Part shown: positions 52,936 to 63,571 of the stretch, piece after piece
Layout: every line of letters begins with the position of its first letter
Numbering within the stretch: position 1 is the stretch's first letter
Source of the DNA: Thermosynechococcaceae cyanobacterium YX3bin19
GTDB lineage: Bacteria > Cyanobacteriota > Cyanobacteriia > Thermosynechococcales > Thermosynechococcaceae
NCBI GenBank assembly: GCA_030447595.1
Contig: JAUJON010000002.1
Span: 12,484-76,483 of the forward strand
DNA length: 64,000 nt
Direction of reading: 5' to 3'
Notes under the pieces: model-generated
What the model was told of the DNA's origin: nothing
The model's database searches: none
What the model saw: only the letters and a program-made list of their open reading frames with translations
Made by a program: the position numbers and the translations under genes

Positions 52936-54165
52936 ATGATGTTGAGGGTAGCTACACAGCAGCGACCGAGTTGGCTCACCACTTTCGGAGTCATTCTGGG
53001 ACTCGTTTTATTAATTACCGGATTGCCTGGGTTCCCTGCCCAAGCAGCAACTGTTTCCCTAGTTCCAGGGACCCCCATTGCGCTACGGCAAACAAACTCT
53101 CTGCAAGCCTCTGACAGCGATAGTGCCTCAGTTTCGAATCCGCGGCGCTTTGTAGCCAAGGCAGTCGATCAAGTAGGCCCAGCAGTGGTCCGTATTGATA
53201 CAGAACGCACTATTACGCGCACAATCCCCGACCCCTTCGGCACTGATCCCTTCTTTCGTCGCTTTTTTGGTCAAGATGGTTTCCCGCCACCTGAAGAGGG
53301 CCGGCTCCGGGGGCTAGGCTCAGGCTTTATTGTGGACAAATCAGGGATTGTCTTAACCAACGCGCATGTCGTCAGTGGTGCCGATACCGTAACCGTAACG
53401 CTGAAAGATGGGCGTACTTTTGAAGGCGAAGTCCGGGGAGCCGACGAGGTATCTGATCTGGCGGTCGTTCAAATTAAAGGGGCCGATAGTGATTTACCCG
53501 TTGCGCCGCTGGGTAACTCTGACCAAGTTCAGGTGGGGGACTGGGCGATCGCGGTGGGAAACCCAGTCGGGTTAGACAACACCGTTACCTTGGGCATTAT
53601 TAGCACCCTGCATCGCCCAAGTGCTCAGGTGGGCATCCCAGACAAGCGCCTAGACTTTATTCAAACGGATGCCGCCATCAACCCTGGCAATTCTGGTGGC
53701 CCACTGCTGAACGATCGCGGTGAAGTGATTGGGATCAATACCGCAATCCGGGCTGGGGCCGTTGGCATCGGTTTTGCTATCCCCGTCAACAAAGCCAAGT
53801 CCTTAAAGGACCCACTGGCGAGGGGCGAGAGAATTGAACACCCCTACCTGGGTGTGCAGCTAGCAGCCTTGACCCCCCAAGTTGCTCAAGAAAACAACCG
53901 CAATCCCAACTCACCGATCAAGCTACCAGAAATTAGGGGCGTACTTGTGGTGCGCGTCTTACCGAATACCCCCGCCGCTGCTGCTGGTTTGCGCTGGGGG
54001 GATGTGATTGTTGAGGTTGATGGGCAGCCCGTAGTCAATGCCGGTGAGCTGCAGAATACTGTAGAAAATAGCCGTGTCGGGCAACAGCTCAAGATCAAAG
54101 TCCAACGGGGGGACCAGATACAGCAGCTAGCTATCCGAACGGTTGAGCTACCCAGTGCAGCCTGA
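52936..54165 (+). CDS. HtrA/DegP-family serine protease with PDZ domain
   Basis: It has an N-terminal signal or anchor, the catalytic triad context (TNAHVV ... DLAVVQI ... GNSGGPLLN) and a C-terminal PDZ domain ([29 protein letters not shown]). Confidence 0.9.
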   Translation: MMLRVATQQRPSWLTTFGVILGLVLLITGLPGFPAQAATVSLVPGTPIALRQTNSLQASDSDSASVSNPRRFVAKAVDQVGPAVVRIDTERTITRTIPDPFGTDPFFRRFFGQDGFPPPEEGRLRGLGSGFIVDKSGIVLTNAHVVSGADTVTVTLKDGRTFEGEVRGADEVSDLAVVQIKGADSDLPVAPLGNSDQVQVGDWAIAVGNPVGLDNTVTLGIISTLHRPSAQVGIPDKRLDFIQTDAAINPGNSGGPLLNDRGEVIGINTAIRAGAVGIGFAIPVNKAKSLKDPLARGERIEHPYLGVQLAALTPQVAQENNRNPNSPIKLPEIRGVLVVRVLPNTPAAAAGLRWGDVIVEVDGQPVVNAGELQNTVENSRVGQQLKIKVQRGDQIQQLAIRTVELPSAA

Positions 54166-54228
54166 GCCCAGTGCTACAGCTATCTCTGGAGTTACCTGGC
54201 AGCCCATTCCTGTATCTGAGATTTCTCT

Positions 54229-55651
54229 ATGGTCTTTGTAAGATCTAAGTCACCGGCTGTTCCATGGTTTTGGCTGGGTTTAGCCAGTATTTTCTGTTTG
54301 GCGGTGGGGCTGCGATTCTGGGGATTGGCACGATTTAATACCCTGGTCTTCGATGAAGTCTACTTTGCCAAATTTGGCTACAACTACATAACCGGGACCC
54401 CTTTTTTTGATGCCCACCCGCCCTTGGGTAAGTATCTGATTGCTTTGGGTATCCGGTTAGGGGCTTTAATCCTTTTGGTTACCGCTGGATGAATGCCCTT
54501 ACTGGTTCCCTCATCCCCCTGCTGGTGGCAGGGATCGCCTACCAGTTGAGCCATCGTCGCAGCTATGCACTAATCGCCGGGCTGTTTGCCGCCGTCGATG
54601 GCTTATTGCTGGTGGAGTCGCGCTATGCCCTGATCAATATCTACTTATTATTTTTTGGACTGCTGGGGCAATGGTTTCTGCTCCTGGCGCTGAATACCCG
54701 GGGAGAGCAACGGTGGCTGCGGCTGACATTAGCCGGGGGCTAGCTTAGGCGGGGCGATCGCCGTCAAGTGGAATGGCTTGGGCTTCCTCTTAGGAATCTA
54801 CTTAACCTGGCTCTGGGCCTGGGTAATCCAAAATTTCTGCCTTCTGGCTCTCCTAACCCAACGACTTCAACCCCACTGGAGAAGCTCCAGCAGATCAATC
54901 TCTTCCAGCTCCTGTATTTACCCGCGGTTGCCATTTTGGTCTACTGCTTGGAATGGCCGCTTCACCTGCAGCAAAATCCAACTACAGGATTTTGGGAACT
55001 GCAGAAGCAGATGCTGTCCTACCACGGGCGCATTGGTAGCGGCCCTAACGTCCATCCCTACTGCTCGGCATGGTACACCTGGCCCTGGATGATCCGTCCT
55101 GTAGACTACTTTTACCAAACTGCTTTGAACACCTCGGAGCCAGTACCGGCAGTAGGTCCACGCTTGCCTCAGAGTGCCGCCAAAGTAATCTACGATGTCC
55201 ACGCTATGGGAAACCCAGTGCTATGGTGGCTTTCCACCGCAGCCATCCTGATTCTGGTCTGGGTGCTGGCCCGGAGAATTGAAGCCTGGCTGATGATTGC
55301 CCCTTCCGCAGCGGCGAACTTGGGTCAAGCTTACTCAATCAGGGGCGCTGAATTTTGGCTGCCCCTGTACCTAGTGATGAACTATGCCGCCAACTTTTAC
55401 CCTGGGCTGGTGTCAGCCGCTGCACGTTTCTTTATCACTACCTGCCCGCTTCGATGTACAGTCTGCTGCTTGCGATCGCTTGGTTGGTAGATCGTTGGCT
55501 CCACAGCTTTCAGCCTATATTTAGAGGCATTGTAATCTCGGTATTTTTTCTAATTCTGCTGTCGTTTGTGTTTTTGCTGCCATTCTACCTAGGTCTACCT
55601 TTATCGCCAGAAGGTTTCCAAAGGCGGATGTGGTTCTCCTCCTGGATTTAG
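54229..55651 (+). pseudogene. dolichyl-phosphate-mannose-protein mannosyltransferase-like GT39/PMT_2 membrane protein, frame-disrupted
   Basis: N-terminus VFDEVYFAKFGYNYITGTPFFDAHPPLGKYLIALG (the PMT DE motif). The polytopic continuation is spread over 54489.., 54768.. and 55355.. in different frames. Confidence 0.75.
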
Positions 55652-55722
55652 GTAATAGAAATCCCCACTAGCTGGGTAGATGGGTCCGCGTTGAGATTAA
55701 AATACCAAAACAGAACCAAATA

Positions 55723-55742
55723 CGGGTAGCTTAGGCTACCCG
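55723..55742 (-). terminator. rho-independent-type terminator of fbaA
   Basis: The hairpin is CGGGTAGC-ttag-GCTACCCG, about 40 nt after the fbaA stop. On the minus strand it is followed by the T-rich run TATTTGGTTCTGTTTTGGTATTTT. Confidence 0.45.
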
Positions 55743-55784
55743 CAAAAATTGAGTTATCACTTTAAAAGCTAGGTACTCAAGCCT

Positions 55785-56864
55785 TTAGGCCGCTACTGCC
55801 TTCTTCGTTGTACTGCTCAGCTCACCTTTAGCATACTTCGCAGCAAAATCATCGAGGCTGACTGGCTTAATCTTGCTAGCGTGACCTGCAGCTCCAAAAG
55901 CCTGATAGCGTTCAGCACAAACCTTCTGCATATATCTAATCGAAGGCTTGAGGAAGTGACGTGGGTCGAATTCCTCCGGCTTGCTGGCTAACGCCTCCCG
56001 GACTGCCGCTGTAATCGCCAAGCGATTATCGGTATCAATATTGACCTTGCGGACTCCGCTCTTGATTCCTTTCTGGATTTCTTCTAGGGGTACACCATAG
56101 GTTTCAGGAATCTGACCACCGTGTTGGTTAATCAGGTCAAGCAACTCTTGTGGCACAGAAGAGGAGCCATGCATCACTAAATGAGTGTTCGGCAGCCGAC
56201 GATTAATTTCCTCAATTCGGCTAATTGCCAGGATCTCTCCCGTCGGTTTACGGGTGAATTTGTAAGCCCCATGGCTGGTCCCAATGGCAACAGCTAAGGA
56301 ATCCACTCCTGTTTGCTCTACGAACTGAACCGCTTCATCAGGATCAGTCAACAGCTGATCGTGGGACAAAATCCCTTCAGCCCCGTGGCCGTCTTCCTTG
56401 TCTCCTTGGCCTGTTTCCAGGGAACCCAAGCAACCTAGTTCTCCTTCAACACTCACGCCGATGGCGTGGGCCACCTCCACCACTTGACGCGTAACGTTAA
56501 CGTTGTACTCAAAACTAGCAGGAGTTTTGGCATCCGCTTCCAGAGAACCATCCATCATGACGCTGGTGAAGCCGTGGCGCATGGCAGAGTAGCAGGTAGC
56601 TGGGCTGTTGCCATGATCCTGGTGCATGGCAATGGGAATATCTGGATAGGTTTCGATCGCGGCTAAAATCAAGTGACGCAGGAAGGCTTCTCCTGCATAC
56701 TTGCGAGCCCCACGCGAGGCTTGCAGAATTACAGGGCTATCTGTTTCGTGAGCAGCCTGCATAATTGCCTGGATCTGCTCCATGTTGTTGACGTTGTAGG
56801 CAGGAATACCATAGCCGTTCTCCGCTGCGTGATCCAGCAGTAGGCGCACAGGTACAATCGCCAT
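55785..56864 (-). CDS. fbaA: class II fructose-1,6-bisphosphate aldolase
   Basis: 359 aa. It shows [30 protein letters not shown] ... HQDHG ... [12 protein letters not shown], which are typical class II FBA blocks. Confidence 0.95.
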   Translation of the reverse strand: MAIVPVRLLLDHAAENGYGIPAYNVNNMEQIQAIMQAAHETDSPVILQASRGARKYAGEAFLRHLILAAIETYPDIPIAMHQDHGNSPATCYSAMRHGFTSVMMDGSLEADAKTPASFEYNVNVTRQVVEVAHAIGVSVEGELGCLGSLETGQGDKEDGHGAEGILSHDQLLTDPDEAVQFVEQTGVDSLAVAIGTSHGAYKFTRKPTGEILAISRIEEINRRLPNTHLVMHGSSSVPQELLDLINQHGGQIPETYGVPLEEIQKGIKSGVRKVNIDTDNRLAITAAVREALASKPEEFDPRHFLKPSIRYMQKVCAERYQAFGAAGHASKIKPVSLDDFAAKYAKGELSSTTKKAVAA

Positions 56865-57000
56865 AGAGGGTCCTCCTAAGACAGGTCGTTACTAATTAGG
56901 TTCGCTTTGACGAGCCGCATGCTTAGTCAATCTTAGGATAGTTTTTAGTGAACAACGAAATAACCTTCAAAATCTGTTGTTGCTGAATTCACTATCGAAA

Positions 57001-57072
57001 TGGGTCGCCCGGGATTCGAACCCGGAACTAATCGGTTAAAAGCCGAGTACTCTACCGTTGAGTTAGCGACCC
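57001..57072 (-). tRNA. tRNA-Lys (anticodon UUU)
   Basis: The reverse complement folds as a cloverleaf. Acceptor GGGTCGC/GCGACCC. D arm ACTC-AACGGTA-GAGT. Anticodon stem-loop CTCGG-CTTTTAA-CCGAT. T arm CCGGG-TTCGAAT-CCCGG. Discriminator A. CCA is not encoded. Confidence 0.9.
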
Positions 57073-57179
57073 AGATTAAGGGATAAAATGTTAAACACCT
57101 TCACTACGGTAGCATATCCAGAGCAACGCTTAAAGGTATCACAGGTAACCTCACAGCGCTCTTCGAACCTTTACCAGCA

Positions 57180-58517
57180 ATGAAAATTGTTGCCTACTTA
57201 TATAGCGATCCAATTTTAGAGTCTGTTCCTGATACTGCTATTTGGGGCTGGGAGGTAGACCAGATCTACCAGGACTCTGACAATCGACGACCTCACTTGC
57301 AAGAACTGCTCCAAGACTGTCAGGCTCACCCTTTAGATTATTTGCTGCTGCGCCAGCTAGCAGAGTTGGGCCAATCGCTTGAGGAAGTCAGCGATCGCCT
57401 GGCCAAGTTCCAGGCTTTAGGGGTTCAGGTCGTTGCTACGGAGCAAGAATATAGTAGTAAAGCCGCTGTGGAGAGCCCGGCAGGGGCGCTGAAGCTGCTC
57501 ACTGAGATCCAACACCAACACCGCAATCATCGCATCCGGCAGGGGCATGCCAACAACCGGCTGAAGGCCCTGCCGCCGCCTGGCAAAGCCCCTTACGGGT
57601 ATCGCCGGACTAAAGATCGCTATACCCTTGACCGCAGCACTGCCCCAATAGTCAAGGATTTTTTTGAGCAATTCCTCCTCTACGGTTCCCTGCGGGGCGC
57701 GGTTCGTTACCTAGAGAAAAAATATGGCAAGAAAATTTCTGTCTCCACAGGTCGCCGCTGGCTAACCAGCCCAGTCTATCGGGGAAATTTGGTCTACCAC
57801 GACCAGCAGGTTTTATCCGGGACTCACGTGCCGATCCTGTTAAGAGAAGAAGCGGCGCAAGTGGATCGCCTGCTGCGCCGCAATCAGAGTCTCGCCCCCC
57901 GGACTGCCAGTGCTCCCCGCTCCTTAGCCGGATTGGTTGCCTGTGCAGCCTGTCGCTCCCCCATGACCATTACCCGAGCCACAGGGATCCGTCGAGAGCG
58001 AGAATACCTTTATTTACGGCCAACGGCTTGCCCTGAATCACCTAAGTGTCGAGCGATCGCCTACCAGCAGGTCTTTGATCAGACAATCAGCAAAATTTGT
58101 CGCGAGCTACCCCAGGCCGTTGCTGAAATAACTAGGTCCAGGCAGGGACCCTGGGAAGGCTCTAGAGGCGCTTCACAGACGAGTCGGGGCGCGAAAGACT
58201 CAATCACCGCTGCAATCGCCACCAAACAACAAGCACTGAATCAAGTGCCCGGCCTGGTGGAAAGCGAGGTTCTGGACTCAGCAACAGCAGACCTGCGGGC
58301 CTATAAACTGCGATCCGAAATTTCCGAACTACAGAGAAAAATCGCCCAGTTGCCTCCCGTCAACTTGCAGGAAATTGCCCAAACAGTCTCGCTTCCGCAG
58401 TTTTGGCTCGATCTAACAGAACCAGAGCGACGGTTCTACTTTCGGGAATTTATTCATCAGATCGAGATTGTCCGTCAGGATCATGCCTGGTCTCTCAACC
58501 TGATTTTTGTTTTTTAG
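57180..58517 (+). CDS. large-serine-recombinase-like protein with degenerate catalytic domain
   Basis: 445 aa. An N-terminal resolvase-like fold is followed by a recombinase domain (GKAPYGYRRTKDRYTLDRSTAPIVKDFFEQF ... WLTSPVYRGNLVY). Then come a Cys zinc-ribbon-like segment (CAACRSPMT ... CPESPKC) and a coiled coil. The expected YxRxS and DRLGR catalytic motifs read YLYSD and AELGQ. Confidence 0.75.
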   Translation: MKIVAYLYSDPILESVPDTAIWGWEVDQIYQDSDNRRPHLQELLQDCQAHPLDYLLLRQLAELGQSLEEVSDRLAKFQALGVQVVATEQEYSSKAAVESPAGALKLLTEIQHQHRNHRIRQGHANNRLKALPPPGKAPYGYRRTKDRYTLDRSTAPIVKDFFEQFLLYGSLRGAVRYLEKKYGKKISVSTGRRWLTSPVYRGNLVYHDQQVLSGTHVPILLREEAAQVDRLLRRNQSLAPRTASAPRSLAGLVACAACRSPMTITRATGIRREREYLYLRPTACPESPKCRAIAYQQVFDQTISKICRELPQAVAEITRSRQGPWEGSRGASQTSRGAKDSITAAIATKQQALNQVPGLVESEVLDSATADLRAYKLRSEISELQRKIAQLPPVNLQEIAQTVSLPQFWLDLTEPERRFYFREFIHQIEIVRQDHAWSLNLIFVF

Positions 58518-58536
58518 TGGTTAGTGATCAAGAGGA

Positions 58537-59963
58537 TTATTCGGGAACATCTAGCCAAATTTCCCCCGTACCCTGATGGGTTGTCTTCACCCACTTCAGC
58601 CGCTTCGGGCGAATAGATATCCGGGCAGTAGTACTGGCAATCACCGGTAGCCAGTGAAACATGTATAAAGTACCGCGTAGTCCCTGAAGTAAGGCAACTC
58701 GGGGTAGAAATGTGCCCTGTGACTTGTGGACCCGCCTGAGCCCGAGTAACATCCCGGTAAAAGACAGGGTAACAGCTAGGTCAGTCATAGGTAGCAACAC
58801 ACTGGGGGACGGTTCCGGGCGATCGCCATGACAAAGTCAGGCAGCGCGGCTGGAGGTAGTAGGTACTGAGTTATCCAAAAGACCACGAGATCGAGGGTTT
58901 TCCGGGGACGCAGCCGGTTACGAATAAGCAGCCGCCAGTAATCTAAATAACGCTGGTATCCGCCTTCAGCCCAGCGGTTTCGCTGGTGCCACAGCGCTGA
59001 GGCACGGGTTACCCCTTCTTCTTGCACCGCTGGAAAGGCGAGAAAGTCGATATCCCATTGATCCAGGTGTAAGCGCAGGGTTAAATCCAGGTCATCGGTA
59101 ATGGTTTGTTCATTCCAGCCGCCACAGCGCACCAAGGCTGTACGACGAATAAACTGACCATTGCCCCGGAGCTCGCCAATACCGCCAAGGGCAATCCGTT
59201 GTTGCTGCATCAAAGCATCAAAGACCATTTCTACCATCTGGCCCCGCGTCCAAAAGTTAGTGTTCACGTTGGCAATTACCTTGCGAACCTGCACTGCTCC
59301 GACTTGCTCTCGCTGGAACAAGGGTAAAACCCGGCAGAGTAGATCCTGGGAAACCTGAGCGTCCGCATCAAAAACTCCAATGATCTCACCCTGGATCAAG
59401 GGCAGCACCTGATTCAGGGCTCCTGACTTACCCCCACCCGCCCCCGGTGGGCGATGCAAAACCTTTAGCTGCTCATACTGTTGAGCTAACTGGTCCAGTA
59501 GTGCCGGTGTTTGGTCTGTACTGGCGTCATCAATAATCCAGACTTCGTAGCGACTGGTGGGATAGTCCAGATTGCAGAGGGTTTTTATGAGAGTCGCAAT
59601 GACTGCTGCTTCATTCTTCGCCGCTACCAGCAGCGAAACGTAGGGCCAGTCCGCTTCTGGCGCATTGACGGCTAGCGGCTCGGGCGGATCCAGGGGCCGC
59701 ACCAGCAAGACGCGCAGGAAGTGAACCCCCATGAGAGTCGTCATGCCAAACACCAGCCAGTAGCCGCCGGAGAAAAGATGCAGTGCTATCGTGCCGCTCC
59801 AGACCATGACTAAAGCGACAGCTGCTTTACGCCTGCGGCCCTCTATTCCTTGATAGAGCTCATCGTCAAGGCCAGTCTCCATAAGGTCGGATAGACTGAG
59901 CCAAGAGCCAATAGAGTCAGGCTCGTTGGAGAAATTTTTTTCTGGCCAAGAATTCTTTGGCAT
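58537..59963 (-). pseudogene. membrane-bound processive-type GT2 glycosyltransferase, one frame break near the C-terminus
   Basis: Motifs are VWIIDDASTD, GVFDADA, GGIGELRGNGQF and QRNRWAEGG (Q-x-x-RW). TM segments lie at the N-terminus and C-terminus. The last roughly 87 codons (58537..58800) are in another frame. Confidence 0.8.
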
Positions 59964-60891
59964 AGGTTACTTGATTCAACCACCAGTACTGATCTAAACC
60001 TTGAAAGAAACTAGGGATCAAGTAACACCAGACCGTGCAGCCTTCACACACAGAAAGCTTACCCTGCGATTGCCGGTAGGACTCAACGGTTTCTGACGAA
60101 CGATAAAGTTCCTCCAGGCGGCCCTCGATCGGGATGCCGGTTTGGGCAAAATGATAGCAGGGTAATAGCAGTTGGTTATCTGGTGAAATGGCAATGACAG
60201 CATCGACTGCCTTGCAGCGCGGCTTTTGAGTGTCATTGCCCCCAGCTTCAATAAATGGCAACGCAGCCCTATTGTAACCAATATTGCTGTGTTTCTTGGC
60301 ACTGGCTCGAATGGCAGCTACCATATCGGGCGTTGGATTCTTCTTGTGATTGTAGTTGCTGTAGGCGGTAAAAGCTGGATTAAGCCAAACTCGGACACCG
60401 AGTCGCTCTCCCAAGGTGGCAATTTCATCAATCCGGTGGTAGTTTTGCGCCGTTACAGTGTGGTTTAACACTGGATACTCCCCCAGTTCATGGGCGATCG
60501 CCACGGATTCAACCAAGGTGTCAAAAATTTGCACCCCTCGAGACTGATCATGGCTTTCTGCATCAGGCCCATCTAGAGAAAAATTCAAGAAGTCAACCTT
60601 ACCCTGAATCTCCTGAGCTTTGTGGGGATAGAGAATCGTGTTTGTAGTGATGCTGGTCCAGAAACCTAGCCGCTTTGCTTCCCGGTAAATTTCACCAATG
60701 TCAGCCCGCAGTAGAGGCTCGCCGCCAGTAAAATCTACGTACTTAACTCCTAGCCGCTTTAAACTAATTAAATTTTGTTGAATTGTCGCGAAGTCTGCTT
60801 CCTTACCAGGCTCTAAAGACCAAATGTCACAAAAGTGACAGCGGGCATTGCAGCGGTAGGTTAAATAGTAATTTGCAACCAGAGGAGCCAT
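59917..60891 (-). CDS. radical SAM protein with C-terminal Cys-rich (SPASM-like) region
   Basis: 324 aa. The CX3CX2C motif lies at the N-terminus (YRCNARCHFCDIW), followed by FTGGEPLL. C-terminal cysteines are PRCKAVD ... LPCYHF ... SVCEGCTVWCY. Confidence 0.85.
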   Translation of the reverse strand: MAPLVANYYLTYRCNARCHFCDIWSLEPGKEADFATIQQNLISLKRLGVKYVDFTGGEPLLRADIGEIYREAKRLGFWTSITTNTILYPHKAQEIQGKVDFLNFSLDGPDAESHDQSRGVQIFDTLVESVAIAHELGEYPVLNHTVTAQNYHRIDEIATLGERLGVRVWLNPAFTAYSNYNHKKNPTPDMVAAIRASAKKHSNIGYNRAALPFIEAGGNDTQKPRCKAVDAVIAISPDNQLLLPCYHFAQTGIPIEGRLEELYRSSETVESYRQSQGKLSVCEGCTVWCYLIPSFFQGLDQYWWLNQVTYAKEFLARKKFLQRA

Positions 60892-61279
60892 AAGATTTTT
60901 CTATAACTTGAATAAAGAATTAGCTTTCTTTCGTTATATGGCAAAGCCACTGACCAGCTTCAGTCAATTGCTAGGGTTTGAAGCGCGATTTTTCTTGATT
61001 GCCAAGGTCAAGTTCTCAGTTTAAGGGAAATATAGCGCCAAGTATAGATACGCTCTGTCATTGTACAGGTCTTGATCAGTCGCTATCCGCGTTAACCCAG
61101 CCATTCAAAGCTGCTGGCTTTAGTTCTACGCCTGCTTTGCCGTCCAACAGACAGCTTGTTCCCCCATGAAAATTGTAATTTCTCCTTGAATGACGCCTTA
61201 CTAGTCTGGGGAATACTTAGGAGAAATAGTCCCGGCAGCTCCAAACCCTGCAGCGGGACGTTTACAACAGGACTCAAGA

Positions 61280-61658
61280 ATGACCGAAACGCTTGATTTG
61301 ATTCAACCTGCTGCTGTCCGGGATGTGAATGTCTATCTGCCTTACTATCAAGGAAATCGGCGTAACTTACTGCCCTTAGCAATTTCTTTATCGCAGTGGT
61401 GCACTGGAAGGACAACGCCAGATTGAGGGAGGTGAGAGCATTTCTTTCATCGCGACTTGGAATATTTCATCCCTCCCCACCGACTTGACCTGTTGTCGAG
61501 TTCAGTTTGATAGCAATGCCGAACTCAGCTACGAAGTCATGATGACCAATTTTGAGTTCATTGGCTTCTTAATCGAACTGATGGCGAACTTTAAGCAGTG
61601 TCGCTCAGCAGACTTCTCAAAGAGTTTTTATCAAAAGTTGCTTCATTTAGAAGCATAG
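61280..61658 (+). pseudogene. hypothetical small protein (about 125 aa), one frame break
   Basis: Not in the ORF track. ATG 61280 gives MTETLDLIQPAAVRDVNVYLPYYQGNRRNLLPLAISL.. A shift follows at about 61375-61400. Then ..GALEGQRQIEGGESISFIATWNISSLPTDLTCCRVQFDSNAELSYEVMMTNFEFIGFLIELMANFKQCRSADFSKSFYQKLLHLEA runs to TAG 61656-61658. The span length is not a multiple of 3. Confidence 0.4.
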
Positions 61659-61763
61659 GGTAGTCCGAGCAAAATATTAACGTCTAGCAAACCCCAGGAA
61701 AATTTCTACAGCACTATTACACCCGGTAGCGGAGAAAGTTCACCTAGAATAGGTGAGAGACGG

Positions 61764-62878
61764 GTGGAATTTGCATGGGAGGGTGTGAGTGTGGCAGAAC
61801 TTATCAAACATTTGCTGGTAGGCTCCATTCAACCGTACAGCGGCAAATCGACAATTATCCTGGGTATGGCTCAGCAGATCAAGGAGCAAGGTTTGGTGGT
61901 CGCCTACGGTAAGCCGATAGGAAACTGTTTTGCCGACGGCCCGGCTGACGCGGTAGATGAAGATGTCCGGTTTATTGCCCAAACTTTGCAGCTACCAGAT
62001 AACTGCCTCCGGCCGACCCTGTTAATGCTAAGCCCTGAAATGGTCCGTCAACGCATTCAGGGTAATGACAAAAATGACTATGCTCAGCATCTCAGGCAGT
62101 ATCTTCAGGTTAAAGGAGGTGACCTCGTTATTCTAGAAGGGCCGGGCCTTTTGGCAGAAGGTAGTCTATTTGACCTGTCACTGCTCCAGATCGCTGAGGC
62201 TGTGGATGCCGCCATTTTACTGACTGCCTTATTTCACCCGACATCTTTAGTAGACTCCCTCTTGTCAGCCAAAGAACGCTTGGGCGACCGCCTGCTAGGC
62301 GTCTTGATCAATGACATCCCTGCTGACCAAGCACCCTTTGTTGCCACCACGATCAAACCTTTTTGGAAGCCCGGGATATTCCCATCTTCGCAATGTTGCC
62401 GAGTAATCGACTGCTCCGGAGTGTCAGCGTCCGGGAGCTGGTTCGCCAGTTGAATGCAGAGGTGCTTTGTCGTGCTGATCGGCTGGACCTATTGGTTGAA
62501 AAACTAACTATCGGGGCAATGAACGTCAGCTCAGCCCTCAAGTACTTCCGTAAGTCTCAAAACATGGCTGTGGTCACGGGTGGCGATCGCACCGACATTC
62601 AGCTAGCAGCTCTAGAGACGGCAACGCAGTGTTTAATCCTAACCGGTCACATTCCCCCTAGACCTTCAATCCTCAGTCGCGCGGAAGACTTAGAAATACC
62701 GATTTTATCGGTTGACTTGGATACCTTGACGACTGTTGAGATTATTGAACGGACCTTTGGTCAGGTGCGCCTCCAAGAAGCCGTTAAGGTGGATTGTACC
62801 CAGCAGATGATGGCGAAACACTTCGATATTGAGCGGCTGATGTCTCAACTCGACTTAAAGCCTGCGGTCACACTTTAG
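61764..62878 (+). pseudogene. phosphotransacetylase-family protein (P-loop AAA_26 + DRTGG domains), one frame break
   Basis: The P-loop region is SGKSTIILGMAQQIKEQGLVVAYGKPIG and the DRTGG motif is [15 protein letters not shown]. Pieces 61764..62453 and 62363..62878 overlap in different frames. Confidence 0.75.
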
Positions 62879-62890
62879 CAGTCTGGGGCA

Positions 62891-63134
62891 ATGGCGAAAA
62901 AGCAAAAGCTGCCCCACTTGGTCGGGTCTAAATGGACTGCGCGGCAAAACAACCTTTGGCTGGCGGCACTTCCAGGTTGTTAATCGTAATCATCAAGGTC
63001 CCTTAATCTTTGCTGAAATGATGGCGGCTTGTGAACCTTCGGTCAGGTTTTGGGTCAATGCAAGAGCGTTGAAAGACGACACACTGTGGTTGGCGGGCTG
63101 GCAGTCATTGGCCGAGCAAGCACAGTCGCCCTAA
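62891..63134 (+). pseudogene. Trp-rich small conserved protein (TIGR02450-like), one frame break
   Basis: Not in the ORF track. MAKKQKLPHLVGSKWTARQ is followed, after a shift, by FGWRHFQVVNRNHQGPLIFAEMMAACEPSVRFWVNARALKDDTLWLAGWQSL, ending at TAA 63132-63134. Confidence 0.55.
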
Positions 63135-63163
63135 GAATCACCTAGCCCTTCATAATCCTAGAG

Positions 63164-63544
63164 TTGAGCCTTCTGAAGCCACCTCAGCCTGTAGAAGATA
63201 GTTTTCGCATAGCTAAAATCAGGTTTATGAAGCACTCTATTAACGTGGCTATATTAATCTTAAGTGTGGTGCTCGTCCTTGCTTCGGTCTTTCTACCCGT
63301 GACTGTTTACAGGCAAACTGACTTGTTGCAAGTTCGGCTAGGTTGGCCCATAACATTTGTAATCCAAGACCAAGGTGCATATCCTCTGCCCTTTCCTGCA
63401 CAAACTCGCCTATATTCTGTCTGGGAAAATCCGATCTCGGTTCTGTGGCTACAGTTCTTCTTTGATATTGCTATCGTCTTTAGCGGAGTTAGCTTGATTG
63501 GGAATCTTGTTAAGGTAGTCTTTCTAGGGACGAGCAGGCGCTAG
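63164..63544 (+). CDS. hypothetical membrane protein
   Basis: 126 aa with two or three hydrophobic segments. I recognise no family. Confidence 0.45.
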   Translation: MSLLKPPQPVEDSFRIAKIRFMKHSINVAILILSVVLVLASVFLPVTVYRQTDLLQVRLGWPITFVIQDQGAYPLPFPAQTRLYSVWENPISVLWLQFFFDIAIVFSGVSLIGNLVKVVFLGTSRR

Positions 63545-63571
63545 GGAAACATCGGGAAGACTTGTAGAAAA

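Noticed and set aside
57001-58517. tRNA-Lys plus an adjacent recombinase as the edge of an integrated island or prophage
   Set aside because: The recombinase lies on the 5' side of the tRNA rather than next to its 3' end. Its catalytic motifs look degenerate. The flanking genes (fbaA, GT2, radical SAM) look like ordinary chromosomal content. I saw no phage or transposase genes and no obvious tRNA 3'-end direct repeat.
61092-61415. 107-aa minus-strand ORF
   Set aside because: It overlaps the more protein-like plus-strand gene at 61280-61658 and has no motif or plausible start context.
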